A DNA stretch of 63,403 nt, the filler included, from Octopus bimaculoides (taxonomy: Eukaryota): assembly GCF_001194135.2 (NCBI RefSeq). It is 4 parts of 3 records of this genome, joined end to end, with 100 filler letters (N's around TTAATTAATTAA, not from the genome) between each part and the next. Parts side by side here need not be neighbours in the genome. Positions count along the whole stretch, not along the records: positions 56,678 to 63,403 come from NC_068987.1; 3 more parts are not named here. The stretch is one strand, 5' to 3'. Numbering within the stretch: position 1 is the first letter of the stretch; every line of letters starts with the position of its first letter. Of this stretch, positions 59,700 through 63,403 are shown one piece after another. Below the pieces are notes generated by a model that saw only the letters and a program-made list of their open reading frames with translations, had not been told where the DNA came from and did no database searches. The position numbers and the translations under genes were made by a program.

Positions 59700-62550
59700 C
59701 TGCTTTTAACAGAAATAAAGTTGAAATTGTTGATAAAGCAGATTATTTCGAGAAAGAATTCTTGAAAAGCCATTCTGCCGACAACAACTCCAGCAACAAC
59801 AATAACACTCTTTTTGAAATAGAACAAATGAGAAAAAGTGTAGAAACAAGTAACAAAAACTGACGATAAGAAAAATATAAACAATCCAAAGTCTTTTGTA
59901 TGTGACTTGACCGACAGTTTCAACACAAAAAGGAGCAACAACAACGATGGCAATAAAAGAACTGACAAACAAAACAGTACAACAACAATTAAAAAAACCA
60001 GTCCCTCTTTCACTAATGCCACCAAGTTCTCTCTTCAAGGACTTAAATTCCCTGAGGAAGAAATTAATAAGGCCAGACAGTTAATCAAACGAGATGGACC
60101 AACTGTCAACCCCAACACCTCGGTTGACACTTTCTAAAATATGATACGTCACGCAGTGATGTACCATATACAATTGGATTGAAGTCAAGAAGGGTGGAAA
60201 AAGCCATCAAGGCTCAAATTCAAAAAGCATTAGATTCAGTTTAAAGCCTGAAAGAATTTATACAAAGAGGAAGGGGTTTTGGAATGATAGATGTGAGATT
60301 TGAAACAGAGGAAGAAGCAAAAACTCAATCATCAAAACCCCTGAAAAGCAAGGATCTTTTGTTAGTTCCTTATTACTGTGGATAGAGACTGGCAAGAATT
60401 CACATCCAGTAAGTGCTGCCAGAAATAACCATTCCTTGGTAATTACTAGTCATGATAGACATCAAGGAAAACACAAAAATCCTTGAAGTCTATCAGACCA
60501 AAAAATAGAACAGGTCAGGAATGGAAATAGAACTCCTCATCCAAACCAATCAGAAAAAAATGTGGATGCCATCCCAGACCAAATACATCTTCCAGATGGT
60601 TAGAGTTGAAAGAAGGAAGGTCAAGTGTCACATCTGCCTTTCAACCACTCACCCAAGAACCTTCTTTTCTCAATCGAAGGAGAAAGAGAAAAGACCCTCA
60701 AGCAATCAAGGAATCCACCAACAACAGCCACCAAAGCCCAAAAAGCAACAACAGTATCATCATCAACAACATTAATTGCCACATCTACCTGATCCCTGAA
60801 TCCAGAAGGTATGTTGGGGGTGCTGGATGTGACCAGTAATGAAGGACTGTCTATGTCCCAACATGAGCTGGATAACCAGATTTCTTCAGGCATCTGGAAA
60901 CTTTTCTGAGAACATCCTGCTCTTTAGTGTTAGTGGAAGATGGAACAGGATCCTAGATGCATATTGTGACTGTGTGGGCTTAGCAGACAGGGGAGAAAGG
61001 TGCAAAAGCTTCGCAAACCTGTTCAGATGATTCCAACTCTCTGACAGGTATCGAATAGATTTCCCTGATGTGCTAGTGTGGACCTGATCAAACTGTATTG
61101 GTCATCCAGATTGTATTTAAATAGAGTACTCTGTAAGGAAGTAGATAAGGATGGCATAGGTTATCCACAATTTAAAGTAGTTGACTACATGGACAACAAA
61201 TTTGTGATCTGTACAGTCAACTTAGATAGGCTCCATAGACAGGAACCTTGTCACTGGAAGCTGAACGTGTCCTTTCCCTCATGCAAAGCTTTCAGAGACC
61301 ATATTAGTAAATTAGTTAAGCAAGCATTTATGGTGTCAGTTGTCAACAATAAATTGTGGTTCACCCTGAAAAAGGGGATTAGAATAGAATTGATAAGGTT
61401 TAGCAAAGGACTAGCAGTAGAAAGAAATAGGGTAGAAGCAGAGTAGTCAGGAAGTTAGATGAAAAGACATCATGACCAATGTGTTTACAGCAACATTGGC
61501 ACTCAACCAAATCTTCAATGCAAAACACAAAGACTGCTTTGTCAGAGCTAATGCATGTGCTCTTAGAAACGAAGGTATGAAAGCTATTCAATGGACCTGA
61601 GTGGCAGAGGCATAGCTTGGCAATAAAGTGATGGGTAACTGCGTAAGGAGTAAATTGCTTAGTTTCGGTGGTCTGCCCTATGAGCTTTATGCTTACATAT
61701 CAGACTTGTTCAGTGACCTCTTGGCAAATGTTTACTACAACTGGCAACAGAATGGGAGAATTCCCTGTTTTGTGAGCTGAGTAGTGGTGGCATTACTGAG
61801 AAAAGCCCTGAACAAGGGGGACTGTATTAGTAACTTTAGACCCATAACTTTTCTAAATGCAGACTTCAAAATTCTGGCCAAGATGTTAGCTACAAGGCTG
61901 GTGCCTGTTGTCAATGGCCTGGTAGGGGAGGTACAGACATGTGCCATCCTTAAAAGATCCATTCACAACAACTTCCACCTGGCATATGACTAAAAACCTG
62001 GCATGAGTGTGACTCTGATCAATTTAAATCAATCTAAAGCTTTCAATAGGGTCAACCATCTATACTTGATGAGTGGTTCTCAAGACAGCCAGTTTTAGGC
62101 TTATATTCAGGGGATGGATTGCTGCAATCCACAACACCATCTGTTCAATGGACAGAGTGAACAGTCACCGCTCAACCGTTCAACATCATGTGCTTCGTCT
62201 GCTAAGGCTTCCCCCTTTCATCCCTGTTATATGTTCTGACTCTCGAGCCACTACTACACAAGCTGGAGACATTGAGGGGCATTCTGCATGACCTTTGATG
62301 TGGGAGATCCCTGTTGGCACGTGCTGACAACGTCATCAAAGTGGTATTAGACAATAAACACTTTGAAATAATCAGCACCACTCTCAAAGACTACGAGGCA
62401 GTATCAGGGGCAAACATTTACCAGGAAAAGTCAGTGAGCTTGCACCTTGGCACCCCGAGCAACAAGCCCATGCCATCCAACTGCATTGTTAGATGCTGGA
62501 AGGATGAACCAGCTAAATTGCCCAGGTCTGGTTTGATCCATTTCCCCTGA
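59700..62550 (+). mobile_element. L1/Tx1-clade LINE, decayed (ORF1 remnant, AP endonuclease, RT)
   Basis: CHIC..H knuckle; PDFFRHLE.FL; YLNRVL; WKLNVS; FRPITFLNADFKILAK; QSKAFNRV; G.PLS.LLYVL.LEP; ARADNV; YEAVSGA.I..EKS. Confidence 0.88.
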
Positions 62551-63074
62551 GATCAAATTCCACCAAGGTCAACTTTGCCATTCATCTTTAAATAGGTATC
62601 ATCAGATGAAACTGGAAATATAATGATGAGGAAATTCGTGAAGGTGAAAATCAGAAATACAAGTGTTAAAATGCAATTGGACACTGGTAGTGGTTTTTTA
62701 CACTTACAAATTTCTGGCCATTTTGAGGAATTATCAACTACCACTAAGTAGTAAGAACAATTTAAAGGACCAGCGAAATTGATGTGTAGTCTTCACCATG
62801 GAACATCTACTTTTGAACAATGTTTACTTTTTATCATGGGCAATTTTCCATTTCGTTTTGGCTTACATACAGATGTTCCACTGTTTTACTGCAATTTTTG
62901 CTTCAGTCCCTTAGCCACATTTGAACCTTTGACTGAACTGACTATATTTCCACACAAAATACTTATGGGCATATTCCATACTTTGAATAGTTCCAGCCAC
63001 TCTATGCTGAATAAATTAAGTAAATGTTTTAACACATATATCTCAGCCTTTTTGTTCGACTTTGAAATGTTACA

Positions 63075-63403
63075 TCTATATATATAAAAATGAGAATGTG
63101 TGTCTGTCTGTCTGTCTGTCTGTGTGAATCCCTAAAACTCGAGAACTACACAACCAATTTCATTCAAATTTTACACATGCCTTACTTAGGGTTCTAGTTG
63201 TGTTTTAGTCAAAAACTTTTTTAACTTCTTGCAGAGTTCGAGCCCACGGCAACATAATATCTCCTCCACTATTTAAGTATTACGTGTCAAAAGTGAAACA
63301 AAAACACCCATGTCAAATACTTTCACTTTAAAAATGAAACTATTCCACTAACTGAAACAATTACATTTCGATACTGTAATGACAGATACTTTCACAGAGA
63401 GAG
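63075..63403 (+). mobile_element. Helitron-like non-autonomous element, 5' part (runs off the window)
   Basis: A|TCTATATATATAAAA start, (GTCT)n, ..CTCGAGAACTAC..AATTTCATTCAAATTTT layout typical of Helitron-derived repeats. Confidence 0.6.

Overview
This is AT-rich, gap-ridden eukaryotic DNA dominated by microsatellites and decayed transposable elements. The repeat families resemble those I recognise from Octopus (coleoid cephalopod) assemblies; this is inference, not a search result. I found no recognisable host protein-coding gene, true tRNA/rRNA gene or CRISPR array, and most listed ORFs are microsatellite or N-gap artefacts. Supported DNA elements: two TIR-complete DD34D mariner elements plus remnants, two DD37D (maT-like) remnants, two piggyBac remnants and Helitron-like ends. 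Supported retroelements: one full-structure but disabled Ty3/Gypsy element (14.8-18.7 kb), several RTE LINE pieces (one with a PHD finger after the RT), CR1 3' ends, a Dong/R4-type RLE LINE at a (TAA)n tract, an L1/Tx1 LINE, two Penelope-like elements (PLEs) and at least four tRNA-derived SINE families. The most interesting signal is at the RNA level. At least five unrelated repeat families carry minimal type I hammerhead-ribozyme folds, several with non-canonical cores (CUGUUGA; a G3-C8 swapped core; A9G). At 51.1-51.7 kb a tRNA-derived Pol III head is fused to a hammerhead and a PLE-type tail in a tandem/inverted array, suggesting a Pol III-driven, PLE-mobilised ribozyme SINE or retrozyme. 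By eye, CpG depletion marks about 1.7-29 kb and 57-63 kb as possible methylated gene bodies. All RNA folds were derived by hand and need computational and biochemical confirmation. Many element boundaries are approximate (tens of bp).
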